From: Agathobacter sp.
GTDB lineage: Bacteria; Bacillota; Clostridia; Lachnospirales; Lachnospiraceae
Direction: 5' to 3'
Length of the DNA stretch: 64,000 bases
NCBI GenBank assembly: GCA_045122195.1
Contig: JBGVHH010000098.1
Span: 25,820 to 89,819 of the forward strand
The position numbers were made by a program, and so were the translations under genes. The first letter of the stretch is position 1; every line of letters begins with the position of its first letter. Under the pieces are notes generated by a model. It made no database searches and was not told where the DNA came from. It saw nothing but the letters and a program-made list of their open reading frames with translations. Shown piece by piece: positions 1 to 10,331 of the stretch.

Positions 1-133
1 TTGCTTCTCTTACCTCGGATGACAAATTACCCACCATATCAAAAATAGGCATCCCCGAAGAAATATCAACCTCAACCTGTATCGGCAGAGCACAGATTCC
101 CTCCAAAGCAGCCGTTCTAACTGTACTGTACAT
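1..133 (-). CDS. YifB/ComM family Mg-chelatase-like AAA+ ATPase, N-terminal fragment (runs off the left edge)
   Basis: Not in ORF track. Manual translation MYSTVRTAALEGICALPIQVEVDISSGMPIFDMVGNLSSEVREA matches the YifB/ComM N-terminus (VEVD..SG.P.F..VG....V.E). SD AGGAG upstream. Confidence 0.85.
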   Translation of the reverse strand, partial: MYSTVRTAALEGICALPIQVEVDISSGMPIFDMVGNLSSEVREA

Positions 134-224
134 ATATTCTCCTATTCTTTTGGGAAAAAATGCATAGACTTATGCACGAAAAAAGATAATGTAATCATAT
201 CATAATTGATTCTTTTTTACACCA

Positions 225-845
225 TTATTCTATAAATTTTTTCAATTTTTCTAATGCTTTTTTTTCAATACGTGAAACATATGATCTTGATATTCCAAGA
301 GTTTCAGCAATTTGGTTCTGTGTAAGCTTCCTTTGTCCCATAACCCCGTATCTGGATTTAATTATAAATAATTCTCTTGAATCTAAAATTGTGTCAATAT
401 TTTTCATAAGCTTATTTATATCTTCATTTTTCTCTATTTCTTTTAATACATCAAACTCGCTTCCTTCTATCACATCTAATAACTGTATCTGATTTCCTTC
501 CTTGTCTGAACCAATAGGTTCAAAAAGTGATACATCATACCGTTCCTTCTTACGAATTCTATAATACATAAGAATTTCATTTTCAATGCACCTGATAGCA
601 TAAGTCGCAAATCTGCTTCCGAAATCGTGTTTAAATGATGATACTGCCTTAATAAGTCCTATCGTTCCTATTGAAATTAATTCCTCTGATTCCTCCTCAC
701 TTATAGCATATTTCTTTGTAACATGTGCAACTAACCTCATATTGTGCAAAATTAAATCTTCTTTTGCTTTTTCATCATTATCATTCATCCTGCGAAAACA
801 CTCTTCTTCTTCAGCTCTTGTAAGTGGAGTTAAAAAAGTTTTCAC
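225..845 (-). CDS. sigK: RNA polymerase sporulation sigma factor SigK (no pro-sequence)
   Basis: HNMRLVAHVTKKY, ISIGTIGLIKA, ATYAIRCIENEILM, VSLFEPIGSDKEGN and ISRSYVSRIEKKAL are SigK-type motifs. GTG start after GAAGGTG. Confidence 0.88.
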   Translation of the reverse strand: MKTFLTPLTRAEEEECFRRMNDNDEKAKEDLILHNMRLVAHVTKKYAISEEESEELISIGTIGLIKAVSSFKHDFGSRFATYAIRCIENEILMYYRIRKKERYDVSLFEPIGSDKEGNQIQLLDVIEGSEFDVLKEIEKNEDINKLMKNIDTILDSRELFIIKSRYGVMGQRKLTQNQIAETLGISRSYVSRIEKKALEKLKKFIE

Positions 846-872
846 ATTACACCTTCAAATGAATAATTAATA

Positions 873-902
873 TATATTATGTAATAACAATTTTATTAGT
901 GC
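873..902 (-). promoter_or_regulatory. Putative sigma-K-type promoter of sigK
   Basis: Minus strand GCAC-N17-CATAATATA fits the AC-N16/17-CATANNNTA sigma-K consensus. The AT-rich context lowers specificity. Confidence 0.45.
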
Positions 903-917
903 TTTTCCCAGTAAAAT

Positions 918-926
918 TGATATACT
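918..926 (+). promoter_or_regulatory. Extended -10 element for rluA (probable leaderless transcript)
   Basis: TGATATACT ends 6 nt before the ATG at 933. No Shine-Dalgarno in between. Confidence 0.5.
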
Positions 927-932
927 AATTCT

Positions 933-1829
933 ATGAGTAGAATAATTAATTATACAATTCCAAGCCAATATGAAAACAGAACAGTTGAAGCATTTTTAAA
1001 AGAGCAAAATGTTTCTCATCAGGTCTTAGTTAACTTAAAGAAAACCCCAAATGGTATCACATTAAATAATCATTGGGCTTATACGAATGAAAAACTTAAA
1101 ACTAATGACATTCTTTCAATTAATATTGTTGAGACGTCTACATCATCAAACATTGAAGCTATTGATATCAAATTAGATATTGTATACGAGGATGAAGATA
1201 TTCTAATCATCAACAAACCATCCAACATGGCAATTCACCCCTCAATGGGCAATCACGATGGAACACTTGCAAATGCAGTAATGTACCATTTCCAATCGAA
1301 AAATCAAGAATTTGTCTTTAGATGTGTAAATAGACTTGATAAAGACACAACAGGATTAACTATAATTGCAAAGCACTCTCTGGCAGCAGCCATTTTAGGA
1401 AAACAAATAACCAACAGACAGATACACCGAACATATCTTGCAATATGTGAAGGAAAGACAAAAGATTTCGGTACAATAGATGCGCCTATAGCTAGAGCAG
1501 AAAATTCAACAATTGAAAGATGCGTCGACTACAATCACGGCGAAACTGCAATTACCAATTATACTCTTGTAGAATACAATTCCAAGTTAGACCTCTCTTT
1601 GGTGAAACTTCGCCTTGAGACTGGAAGAACACATCAAATCAGAGTACATATGAAACACATTGGTCATCCATTAATTGGTGATTTTTTATATAATCCTAAT
1701 TATATAAATATAAGCAGGCAGGCTTTACACTCACATTCTCTTGAGTTCAGCCATCCAATAACAAATAAAAAAATGAACCTCATATCCAATCTACCATCAG
1801 ATATGAAGTTCATTTCTAAGAACTATTAA
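933..1829 (+). CDS. RluA/RluD family pseudouridine synthase
   Basis: NRLDKDTTG catalytic Asp motif, INKP, LETGRTHQIRVH, GHPLIGDFLY, RQALH. Confidence 0.95.
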   Translation: MSRIINYTIPSQYENRTVEAFLKEQNVSHQVLVNLKKTPNGITLNNHWAYTNEKLKTNDILSINIVETSTSSNIEAIDIKLDIVYEDEDILIINKPSNMAIHPSMGNHDGTLANAVMYHFQSKNQEFVFRCVNRLDKDTTGLTIIAKHSLAAAILGKQITNRQIHRTYLAICEGKTKDFGTIDAPIARAENSTIERCVDYNHGETAITNYTLVEYNSKLDLSLVKLRLETGRTHQIRVHMKHIGHPLIGDFLYNPNYINISRQALHSHSLEFSHPITNKKMNLISNLPSDMKFISKNY

Positions 1830-2384
1830 TTTATCCTTCTCATATGGGATCTTCCCTTTTAACACCTGTTTCTTGACAAAGGAGTACGTATAGTCTTCTC
1901 CTTTTACAGAAAGCATCACCAACAATAGTTCCAGCAATGCCTTAGTATCTTCATGAAGCATATAGTGATCAATGCTTTTCTCAAAATATTTTAATGCACT
2001 TTCCTGTGTATATGCTTCCTTTTGATAGTTCTTTGCTGCACTTACTCTGTCAATAAACATTTCGCAGACATATTTTATAGGCATTTTCATACCTGTCATT
2101 CCTGATTTACCATTGGAAAGACCATAATCTATCCAATACTCCAGATGATGTTTATTTCTTCCCTTGTGATGAAGCCACGAAGAAGAATATCCTTTATCCA
2201 TTCGTTCAGCATTATTAGGACTCATATTTCCCTGATAGTACTTACATCCAACAAAAAACTCTGTTGGTGTATACTTTGACAAATCATGTAATAAACCCTG
2301 TTTATATAACCCTATTTTAAAGCAACCTTTCATAACCAGATTCTTATGTCTTGTTATTGTAATAAAATGTTTAATCGCCTTCAT
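1797..2384 (-). CDS. HD-like metal-binding protein (DUF5662-like)
   Basis: GLLHDLSK, HHKGRNKHH.EYW and EMFIDR histidine/aspartate clusters. Family name from recall. Confidence 0.7.
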   Translation of the reverse strand: MKAIKHFITITRHKNLVMKGCFKIGLYKQGLLHDLSKYTPTEFFVGCKYYQGNMSPNNAERMDKGYSSSWLHHKGRNKHHLEYWIDYGLSNGKSGMTGMKMPIKYVCEMFIDRVSAAKNYQKEAYTQESALKYFEKSIDHYMLHEDTKALLELLLVMLSVKGEDYTYSFVKKQVLKGKIPYEKDKLIVLRNELHI

Positions 2385-4250
2385 TTATTTACCTACCAAA
2401 ATACAAATCGCCTGTGGATCCATATCAATAATATGCTGATTTGTACATTCAATTTCCTTTTCCAAAAATGATTCATCATCTTTGCTTGTATCTGCAACGA
2501 GATACCATTTCTTTCCCTCTGCTAATTTTGGAAGAGCCAATCTCTCCCTGTATGAGTAAAAATTATATCCGATATATACAAAATCGGTATTCTCCGTTGA
2601 ATAATCCCCACAATACATCACACCGATACACATTTTATCGAGACTGGCATCAGATATCCATGCACTATTACCATGATATGATAAATCAGGATATCCTAAA
2701 GATTTGTAATCACACAATTTATATGGTTTTTCGCTTGTAATAACAGGATGATTTTTTCTAAATGAAATAAGCTTCTCCAAAAATGAAATATTTGTCTTAT
2801 AACTTCTCTCATTCTTCCAATTTACCCATCCTATCTCATTATCCTGACAATATGCATTATTGTTACCCTGCTGTGAATTACAAATTTCATCACCAGCCAT
2901 TAAAAGCGGAACCCCTTGCGCTAAAAACAAGAGCATCATTGCATTTCTCCACTTTAATTTTCTTACATTGCGAACAAACTTCTTCTTTGATGGTCCTTCA
3001 CATCCATAATTATTACTAAAATTCCATGGAGTACCATCTGTATTATTTTCCCCATTTGCTTCATTATGTCTGTCATTGTACATAAATAAATCAGCAAGCG
3101 TAAATCCATTGTTACTAGCAATAAAATTTACAAAGCCAAGATTTTCATCCTGTTTTCTCTGCTGATACAATAATTCTCTCATAGAACCGTTCATATGATT
3201 AAGAATTTTTCTTGCAGGATATAGGTACTCTTCCTTATCAACATATAAATTTTTGTACTTTCTATCCTTTGGAATATCTCCTATGTTATATTCAGAACAA
3301 AAAATCTTAGTTCTGCTAAGAATGTAATCATGAATAACAGCTGTTACTGGAACACTTCCTCCCATAAGCTTAAACCCATCAACATGGTATTCCTTCACCC
3401 AATATCTAAGTACATCTAAAATCAGGTTGTGATTAGTATAATCAGGGAAATACATCTCAAGTATCACTTCCATTCCATTTTCATGAAATGTTCTGACAAG
3501 GGTTTTAAACTCATTACCTGCTTTTGCTGGATTACTTGCATATGAAGACTTAACTGCAAAATAATTTCCTTCGCAATACCCCCAGAGATTAACCTTTCCA
3601 CTAGGTTCATTTTTATCAATTGGAGCAATAACATCTTCATCATTAGGCTGCCACTTTACATAATCCGGCAGCTCAACTTTTGAAGGAATATCAACCTCTT
3701 CAAACTCATAGACAGGCATAATCATGACTGCTGAAAATCCAAGTTGTCTAATATACGGAATCTTACTTGTTATCGCATTAAAAGTTCCAGAATTTTTACG
3801 ATTACTAATATCCATAGAAAAACTTCTTACATGAAGCTTATACATTATTAAATCCTTTTTTGATAACTCTGGAGCACAATCATTCTTCCAATCAAATTTA
3901 TCATCTAAAACACCACAAGACACTTCAAAATCATCCGCCTCACGATTAAGATCATTCCATTTCTCTCTGCCGTATATCTTTGTAGCATATGGGTCTAATT
4001 TTTTCTCTCCGTTCAATAAATAATAATAAGCGTGTTCGGATGGTTTAAAGCCTTCCACAAGCACTGAACGCAACGATCCAAGGCAATAATCACTTGATAC
4101 GTCAATTACTGTTTTTTCGCCTGTTTTTCTATCAATAAAAACTATGCTACACTCGTCTTCTTTTTGTGCAACAATAGTAAATGTTGCCTTTTTATTCGTA
4201 TAGGTTACTCCTATTTTCGCATAATCGCCTTCGGTAATTTTAATATTCAT
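2385..4250 (-). CDS. GlgX/isoamylase-like GH13 protein, catalytic motifs degenerate
   Basis: DPYA, YKLHVRSF, MPVYEF, WGY, HNEANGENNTDG and QGVPLLMAGDE..NSQQGNNNAYCQDN are GlgX hallmarks. Catalytic regions read DGFKLMGG and FIASNNGF instead of DGFRFDL and FVTxHDGF. Confidence 0.85.
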   Translation of the reverse strand: MNIKITEGDYAKIGVTYTNKKATFTIVAQKEDECSIVFIDRKTGEKTVIDVSSDYCLGSLRSVLVEGFKPSEHAYYYLLNGEKKLDPYATKIYGREKWNDLNREADDFEVSCGVLDDKFDWKNDCAPELSKKDLIMYKLHVRSFSMDISNRKNSGTFNAITSKIPYIRQLGFSAVMIMPVYEFEEVDIPSKVELPDYVKWQPNDEDVIAPIDKNEPSGKVNLWGYCEGNYFAVKSSYASNPAKAGNEFKTLVRTFHENGMEVILEMYFPDYTNHNLILDVLRYWVKEYHVDGFKLMGGSVPVTAVIHDYILSRTKIFCSEYNIGDIPKDRKYKNLYVDKEEYLYPARKILNHMNGSMRELLYQQRKQDENLGFVNFIASNNGFTLADLFMYNDRHNEANGENNTDGTPWNFSNNYGCEGPSKKKFVRNVRKLKWRNAMMLLFLAQGVPLLMAGDEICNSQQGNNNAYCQDNEIGWVNWKNERSYKTNISFLEKLISFRKNHPVITSEKPYKLCDYKSLGYPDLSYHGNSAWISDASLDKMCIGVMYCGDYSTENTDFVYIGYNFYSYRERLALPKLAEGKKWYLVADTSKDDESFLEKEIECTNQHIIDMDPQAICILVGK

Positions 4251-4364
4251 ATCCAGTCAACCATCCTAATCTGTATTTCTGCTGATAATTATACTAGTTT
4301 TAGCTTTTTTTGTATATATATTTTTGATATAATGGTACTATAGTTCAGAAAGGAAGTGTGTGAT

Positions 4365-5459
4365 TTGCATAGTGTTCCATCAAAGCAACTAAAAGTAGGA
4401 CAAATTGTTGCAGAAAACGTCGTCTCAAAAAAAGGACAAATAATTGTAAACAAATTCACTTGTCTTTCGCGACAGATGATATCACAGATTCTTAATTATA
4501 GAATAGAACAGGTCAATATTATAGATGGAGAAATTCCTGCACAAACGCTTGAATCCATTGAGAGAAAACAGCAAGTTGAAAAAACATATCTAAAGAAAAT
4601 ATTTGAGAAGCCTGATTTTAAAGAATTCAAAAAACGATATACTTCGGCTTTAAACCTCATGGAAAATAATCTGAATCAGATTATTTTTAGAAATGTACCG
4701 ATTGATCAGCCGGCACTCATAACTGATTCAATCGCCTTATTTGAACAATATGATACTTCCTATGAATTATTTTCAGTTATTCATGAAATGCAAAATATTG
4801 ATTCATCTACACAAGCACATTCTCTAAATGTTTCTATTATCTCCAGATTGATAGGTACCTGGATTGGTATGAGCCGTGAAGACCTCGATTTACTAACCCT
4901 TGCAGGTGTTCTTCATGATATTGGAAAAAGTCGTATTCCTGATGTTATCCTTTTAAAACCAGGTAAGTTGACACCACAAGAGTATGAATTCATTAAAAAA
5001 CATACAATATTTGGTTATGAGGCAATAAAAGATCAAAAATTAGACAAACGAATAAAAGATGCCGTATTGCTACACCATGAAAGATATGATGGCAGTGGAT
5101 ATCCATTCGGATATTCCGGAGACAAATTGTGTACATTTGCGTGTATAGTATCCATAGCTGATGTGTATGATGCAATGACATCAAGACGATGTTACCACGA
5201 CTCAATATGTCCATTTGATGTTATTTCTATTTTCGAATCAGAAGGTTTAGAAAAATACCATCCAGATTTAATAATCACATTTTTAAAAAAAATAGCTTCA
5301 TCTTTCCTAGGAAGTAATGTTCTTTTAAGTAATGAAGAGGCTGCACAAATTGTCTTTCTTACAGACAAATTGACAAGACCAATTATAAAGCTTGCAAAAA
5401 GCAACGAAATAATAAAATTAGAAGAAAGACCTGATTTATATATTCAGGCTATTATATAA
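4365..5459 (+). CDS. HD-GYP domain c-di-GMP phosphodiesterase
   Basis: HSLNV, LHDIGK, HHERYDGSGYP and IADVYDAMTS are all intact. TTG at 4365 is better spaced from AGGAAG than the GTG at 4356. Confidence 0.9.
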   Translation: MHSVPSKQLKVGQIVAENVVSKKGQIIVNKFTCLSRQMISQILNYRIEQVNIIDGEIPAQTLESIERKQQVEKTYLKKIFEKPDFKEFKKRYTSALNLMENNLNQIIFRNVPIDQPALITDSIALFEQYDTSYELFSVIHEMQNIDSSTQAHSLNVSIISRLIGTWIGMSREDLDLLTLAGVLHDIGKSRIPDVILLKPGKLTPQEYEFIKKHTIFGYEAIKDQKLDKRIKDAVLLHHERYDGSGYPFGYSGDKLCTFACIVSIADVYDAMTSRRCYHDSICPFDVISIFESEGLEKYHPDLIITFLKKIASSFLGSNVLLSNEEAAQIVFLTDKLTRPIIKLAKSNEIIKLEERPDLYIQAII

Positions 5460-5481
5460 TTAACGAAGAGAGGAAATAAAT

Positions 5482-5793
5482 ATGGCAGAAAAAGCAACAC
5501 CAGTTAGACCAGAGGAATCAGACGATATCCGAGTAACTTTAGACTTAGATAATGGTACAGTAGAATGTAAAATTATCACTATATTTGAATGTAATAATCA
5601 AGAATATATTGCACTCCTCCCTCTTGATGCAAAAGGCAATGATAATCCTGATGGAGAGGTTTATATTTATCGTTATTCAGAAGATAAAGAAGGACTTCCT
5701 TCTATTTCAAACATCGAATCTGATGACGAATATGAAATCGTAGCTGACAAATTCGATGAACTTTTAGACGAAGCCCTCTACAATGAAATTTAA
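5482..5793 (+). CDS. DUF1292 family acidic protein
   Basis: Small acidic protein with FE....YIALLP, VYIYRY and IE.DDEYE.V...F..L pattern. SD GAGAGG. Confidence 0.8.
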   Translation: MAEKATPVRPEESDDIRVTLDLDNGTVECKIITIFECNNQEYIALLPLDAKGNDNPDGEVYIYRYSEDKEGLPSISNIESDDEYEIVADKFDELLDEALYNEI

Positions 5794-7631
5794 TCTAAAT
5801 TTATTTTTTCTTTAGATTCTTTTACAAATCGGGAGATTGAAGTTGTTTTATCATTTAATGATTTTACTGAATAAATCGAAAGATTTTTCTTTGCTCTAGT
5901 CATTCCAACATAAAACAATCTTCTTTCTTCCTCGATATCTTTTTCTAATACAGCTTTTTTGTATGGCACAATTCCTTCATTCACATCAACAAGATATACA
6001 TTTTCATACTCAAGTCCCTTGGAACCATGAAAAGTTGCCAGCGTAACTGCATCTGAATCTGTATTACGCATTTTAGATTGTCGTTTTAACTCCTCTCCAT
6101 ATTCTTTAATATGATTTTGCCATTGTTCAAAAGTTTTATAACCTTTTGCCCCATTTTGTATTTCGTCAATTATCTCAAAAAGCTCTTCCTTTTTTATATT
6201 TCTATAATCAGAATAATCTATGAGAAAATCATCATACCCTATTCCTTTTCTAATGAAATTAATTGCAGCATATGGACTCATTGTTGACATTAGCTTCAAA
6301 TCAGATTCTAATTTTTCAATTCTATCAGCTATCCAAGGTTGTTCATCAAACACCTTAATCCATTCACTAAAACTAATATTCTGATCAATCAAACTATCTC
6401 TACTAAGATATCTATTAGGACGATTCATAATCTGATAAAACTTTTGTCTCTGACGATTTCCTTTTGCTATCATCATATATGCTAATATATCTCTGGCAAT
6501 CCAGTGTTCATAGATATTGGGAATACATTCTTTTGCCTGGAACGGAATATTATATGTCATAAACAATTCTATCAAAGTTCTTGGCTGACTGTTTGTTCTA
6601 AACAAAACAGCAAAATCACGAAATCCATACCCCTCTTTCATTTTTGTCTCTATATCTTTTATCAAATACAAATTCTCATCCCGTCTATTCTCAAAGGTTG
6701 CATAGAATACAGGTACAGCAGATGTACTTGCTGCTATTATCTTTTTATCAAAGCGTTCCTTATTATGTGAAATAAGATTAGAGGCAGTTTCAACTATATA
6801 TTTACCACATCTATAATTAGTATCCAATAATACACGCTTACCATCTGGATAGTCTTTATCAAAATTAAGCATAATCTCAGGCTTTGAACCTCTAAATCTG
6901 TATATTGACTGATCATCATCTCCTACTATAAACAAATTATTTAAGGGACTAGCCATCATTTTTATGATCTCGTACTGAATTCTATTTATATCCTGAAATT
7001 CGTCTATCAAAATATATCTATATTTCTTTTGCCATATCGATAAAATATCAGGTCTTTGGGTAAAAAGTTCATATGTATATGTAAGCATATCATCAAAATC
7101 AATAAGCCTGTTGTTTTTAAGATAGGAATCATATTTTCTATATATCTCCCTAAAAATATCAGCTGCACATATACTAGAATAAAAAACCTCCAGATTAATA
7201 CCACCATTTTTTATGGAACTTATTTCTGCTATTATATTGCTGATGAATTCATTCTCATCTTTGTAATCAAGGTTATAATGAGAAATTATCTCTCTAAGAT
7301 AACTATACTTTTTCTCTTCAGCAATAATATTAGAAGAAGAAAATTTGTATGCACATTTCAAAATCGTAAAAAATACCGCATGAAATGTACCAAATGATAC
7401 GTTATATTTTTCTCCATTCATCAGTGATGAAAATCTTTCCTTCATTTCATTTGCTGCAGCCTTTGTAAAAGTAATAACAAGAATTTCTTCAGGTTTTACA
7501 TTATACTCCGTAATTAAATTTTTAGTTCTTTGTGTGATAACGGCAGTTTTCCCTGAACCGGGACCTGCCAAAACAAGCATTGCGCCATCTTTATGAGAGA
7601 TGGCGCTTTGTTGAGATTTGTTAAATTTCAT
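5790..7631 (-). CDS. ATP-dependent DNA helicase, UvrD/PcrA family
   Basis: [57 protein letters not shown]. Start MKFNKSQ overlaps the gltX stop. Confidence 0.95.
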   Translation of the reverse strand: MKFNKSQQSAISHKDGAMLVLAGPGSGKTAVITQRTKNLITEYNVKPEEILVITFTKAAANEMKERFSSLMNGEKYNVSFGTFHAVFFTILKCAYKFSSSNIIAEEKKYSYLREIISHYNLDYKDENEFISNIIAEISSIKNGGINLEVFYSSICAADIFREIYRKYDSYLKNNRLIDFDDMLTYTYELFTQRPDILSIWQKKYRYILIDEFQDINRIQYEIIKMMASPLNNLFIVGDDDQSIYRFRGSKPEIMLNFDKDYPDGKRVLLDTNYRCGKYIVETASNLISHNKERFDKKIIAASTSAVPVFYATFENRRDENLYLIKDIETKMKEGYGFRDFAVLFRTNSQPRTLIELFMTYNIPFQAKECIPNIYEHWIARDILAYMMIAKGNRQRQKFYQIMNRPNRYLSRDSLIDQNISFSEWIKVFDEQPWIADRIEKLESDLKLMSTMSPYAAINFIRKGIGYDDFLIDYSDYRNIKKEELFEIIDEIQNGAKGYKTFEQWQNHIKEYGEELKRQSKMRNTDSDAVTLATFHGSKGLEYENVYLVDVNEGIVPYKKAVLEKDIEEERRLFYVGMTRAKKNLSIYSVKSLNDKTTSISRFVKESKEKINLD

Positions 7632-9078
7632 TAGTAAGCTTTTCAATTCCTTTTTTAATTCTAGCAATAGATTCTTCTTTTCCGAGAACTTCCATAAGCT
7701 CTGTCGCTCCACCAGGAGTCATCTGTTTTCCGGAAACAGCTGTACGAATTGGCCACATTACATAACCATTCTTACACTCCTTCTTTGCCACATAATCACA
7801 TAATGTCTGGTACAAAGCATCGTTAGAGTAATCCTCCTGTGCTTCAAGCATCGGAAGTATCTCAGAAAGAACCTCAAGTGATGTCTGTGAATTTGTTTTC
7901 ATCTTCTTGTGAGTATACATAGCAACATCGTAATCTGGTAATTCTTCAAAGAAATCAATATGATCCCTTATGTCAGGGAATATCTCGATTCTAGTCTGAA
8001 CCATCTTTGCAATTCTTCTTAAATCATAATCTTTTGTAATGACTTCTTTAATATAAGGCTCTGCCATTTCAAAAAATTTATCAAAATCCATCTTCTTGAT
8101 ATACTCGCCATTCATCCATTTCAGCTTTGTATAATCAAATACAGCTGGTGATTTAGACATATGGCGATAATCAAATTTTTCAATTAATTCATCAAGGCTC
8201 ATAATTTCCTGATTGTCAGCAGGACTCCAGCCTAATAAAGCAACAAAGTTAACGATAGTTTCTGTCAAAAATCCCTGTTCAATCAAATCCTCAAAGGAAG
8301 AATGTCCACATCTTTTTGAAAGTTTATGATGATTCTCGTCTGTTATAAGTGGACAATGAACATATACTGGCACTTCCCATCCAAAGGCTTCATACAAACG
8401 ATTATACTTTGGCGAAGAAGAAAGATACTCATTTCCTCTTACTACATGTGTAATTCCCATCAAATGATCATCTACAACATTAGCAAAATTGTAAGTAGGA
8501 TATCCATCTGATTTGATAAGAATCATATCATCAAGTTCAGAATTATCTACTGAAATCTCACCATATATTTCATCTTCAAAAGTAGTCTTTCCTTCTTTTG
8601 GATTATTCTGACGAATTACATATGGAATTCCAGCATCAAGGTTTTTCTGAATTTCTTCTTTTGACAATGAAAGACAATGCTTGTCATAAATAGAAATTTC
8701 TTTTCCTGCTACTGTAGTCTTTAATCCTTCAAGTCTTTCTTTTGTACAGAAACAGTAATATGCCTCCCCCTTTTCTATTAACTTCTTAGCATATTCAAGA
8801 TAAATGCCTTTTGCATGTCTTTCGCTCTGTACATATGGACCACATCCACCATCTTTATCCGGTCCTTCATCATGAATAAGACCTGTTTTTTCAAGTGTTC
8901 TGTTGATAATATCAACAGCCCCCTCCACTAATCTCTCCTGATCAGTATCTTCAATTCTAAGGATAAAATCACCATTTTCATGCTTTGTAATTAAATAAGC
9001 ATAAAGTGCAGTCCTTAAATTTCCTACATGCATTCGGCCTGTTGGGCTTGGTGCAAATCTTGTTCTTACCTTTGCCAT
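7621..9078 (-). CDS. gltX: Glutamate--tRNA ligase
   Basis: [15 protein letters not shown] (HIGH), RIEDTD, YYCFC, KLSKR (KMSKS). Confidence 0.97.
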   Translation of the reverse strand: MAKVRTRFAPSPTGRMHVGNLRTALYAYLITKHENGDFILRIEDTDQERLVEGAVDIINRTLEKTGLIHDEGPDKDGGCGPYVQSERHAKGIYLEYAKKLIEKGEAYYCFCTKERLEGLKTTVAGKEISIYDKHCLSLSKEEIQKNLDAGIPYVIRQNNPKEGKTTFEDEIYGEISVDNSELDDMILIKSDGYPTYNFANVVDDHLMGITHVVRGNEYLSSSPKYNRLYEAFGWEVPVYVHCPLITDENHHKLSKRCGHSSFEDLIEQGFLTETIVNFVALLGWSPADNQEIMSLDELIEKFDYRHMSKSPAVFDYTKLKWMNGEYIKKMDFDKFFEMAEPYIKEVITKDYDLRRIAKMVQTRIEIFPDIRDHIDFFEELPDYDVAMYTHKKMKTNSQTSLEVLSEILPMLEAQEDYSNDALYQTLCDYVAKKECKNGYVMWPIRTAVSGKQMTPGGATELMEVLGKEESIARIKKGIEKLTNEI

Positions 9079-9145
9079 TTATATTTACTCCTATTTCATA
9101 AAATCATATTCGCATTGCAAATTATATATCAAGAAACAGCTTTTA

Positions 9146-10321
9146 TCAATCCTCATCTTGAATAAGCATATTAAATTCAGCAATTCTGTTTAATATTTTA
9201 TTTACATCTGAAACTCTGTCTCCTAATTCACTTCTATGTAACATAATAGATGCTTTAAGCTCTGAAATAACATTGACATTATATTCCATTCTCCCCCTAA
9301 GCCTTTGCCTTCGAATCAGAAGTTCATGTTTTAATTCTACCATTTCTTTTTTATCAACAATGGCATTTGCATAGTTTAGCCAGATTCTTGCATCGTAAAA
9401 CTTCTTCTTTTCAAGAAAAGATACCAACATCTTATTATAATATTCTAGTTCATCGTTCGTTTTTTTAAAACGTTCCTTCTCGCGAACAGCCTCTTGATAC
9501 TTTTCATATACATAAGTTAATTCATAAGAATTTTTAACATGATATTTCTCACTAGTATAGTCAACAGTATTTTTCATATTCACATACTTGATTTTTACTC
9601 TATTTTCAAGAGCGACAACATGATTCATATTTATGTCACACTTGTGAATTTCAGCAAGACATGACTGATATTTCAAAAAAATGTATGAACCAGCTGCTAC
9701 TGAAAAAAAAGCAGCAATCAAAAGAATAAGAGACGTCTGCATATCTATCATTATTCTAAGCAACACACAAAATACAACGGCAAGCAAAAATACACCAGCT
9801 GTTACAAATGAAAGTATTCTCAATTGTTTTAACCTAGAATATGCTTCTTCCTTAACAATAGATATTTCCGTCTTTTCTCCTTCGAGCAGCTTCAAATCCT
9901 TAGAAATTGTAGCCAAAAATTTCTCATTATCAGAAAATCTCCTGATAGCTTTCGGCATCTCGTCTTCTAATTCCTGCATCTGAGCATATTGCGAATCTGA
10001 AATTTTTGATTCTGTTTTAAGAAAATCTTTTCTAGTCTTATTTAATTTTGAAACATTTGCAGCAATTTCATATAGAGCATTTTTATCCTTCTCCTCAAAA
10101 TTCTCCATTGTTTGAATATCATTCAGGTATGCTGTAACAACATCATACTCATTTTTAGCGTCCTCAAATTCTCTTGCAGCATCAATCATTTGCTCGCACA
10201 TATCAACAACCTGATGCTTACTTTCAACCGGCTGTACAAGTTTTTCATAACGCTTTTCTCTTTCAATAATATCCTGTTCGAAATTGCTCTTCTTCTTTTT
10301 CCTAAATCTCGAAAATATCAT
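9146..10321 (-). CDS. Hypothetical coiled-coil protein with two central transmembrane helices
   Basis: Long charged helical segments flank two hydrophobic stretches (ILSFVTAGVFLLAVVFCVLL; LILLIAAFFSVAAGSYIFL). Confidence 0.8.
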   Translation of the reverse strand: MIFSRFRKKKKSNFEQDIIEREKRYEKLVQPVESKHQVVDMCEQMIDAAREFEDAKNEYDVVTAYLNDIQTMENFEEKDKNALYEIAANVSKLNKTRKDFLKTESKISDSQYAQMQELEDEMPKAIRRFSDNEKFLATISKDLKLLEGEKTEISIVKEEAYSRLKQLRILSFVTAGVFLLAVVFCVLLRIMIDMQTSLILLIAAFFSVAAGSYIFLKYQSCLAEIHKCDINMNHVVALENRVKIKYVNMKNTVDYTSEKYHVKNSYELTYVYEKYQEAVREKERFKKTNDELEYYNKMLVSFLEKKKFYDARIWLNYANAIVDKKEMVELKHELLIRRQRLRGRMEYNVNVISELKASIMLHRSELGDRVSDVNKILNRIAEFNMLIQDED

Positions 10322-10331
10322 TCTTTACTCT

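Noticed and set aside
225-845. skin-like element interrupting sigK
   Set aside because: The reading frame is continuous and no recombinase is nearby.
7632-7712. N-terminal extension of the helicase given by the ORF track
   Set aside because: It overlaps gltX by about 90 nt. Family similarity begins at MKFNKSQ (7631).
9079-9145. T-box upstream of gltX
   Set aside because: The intergenic region is only 67 nt and holds just a promoter-like TTGATA-N17-TATAAT.
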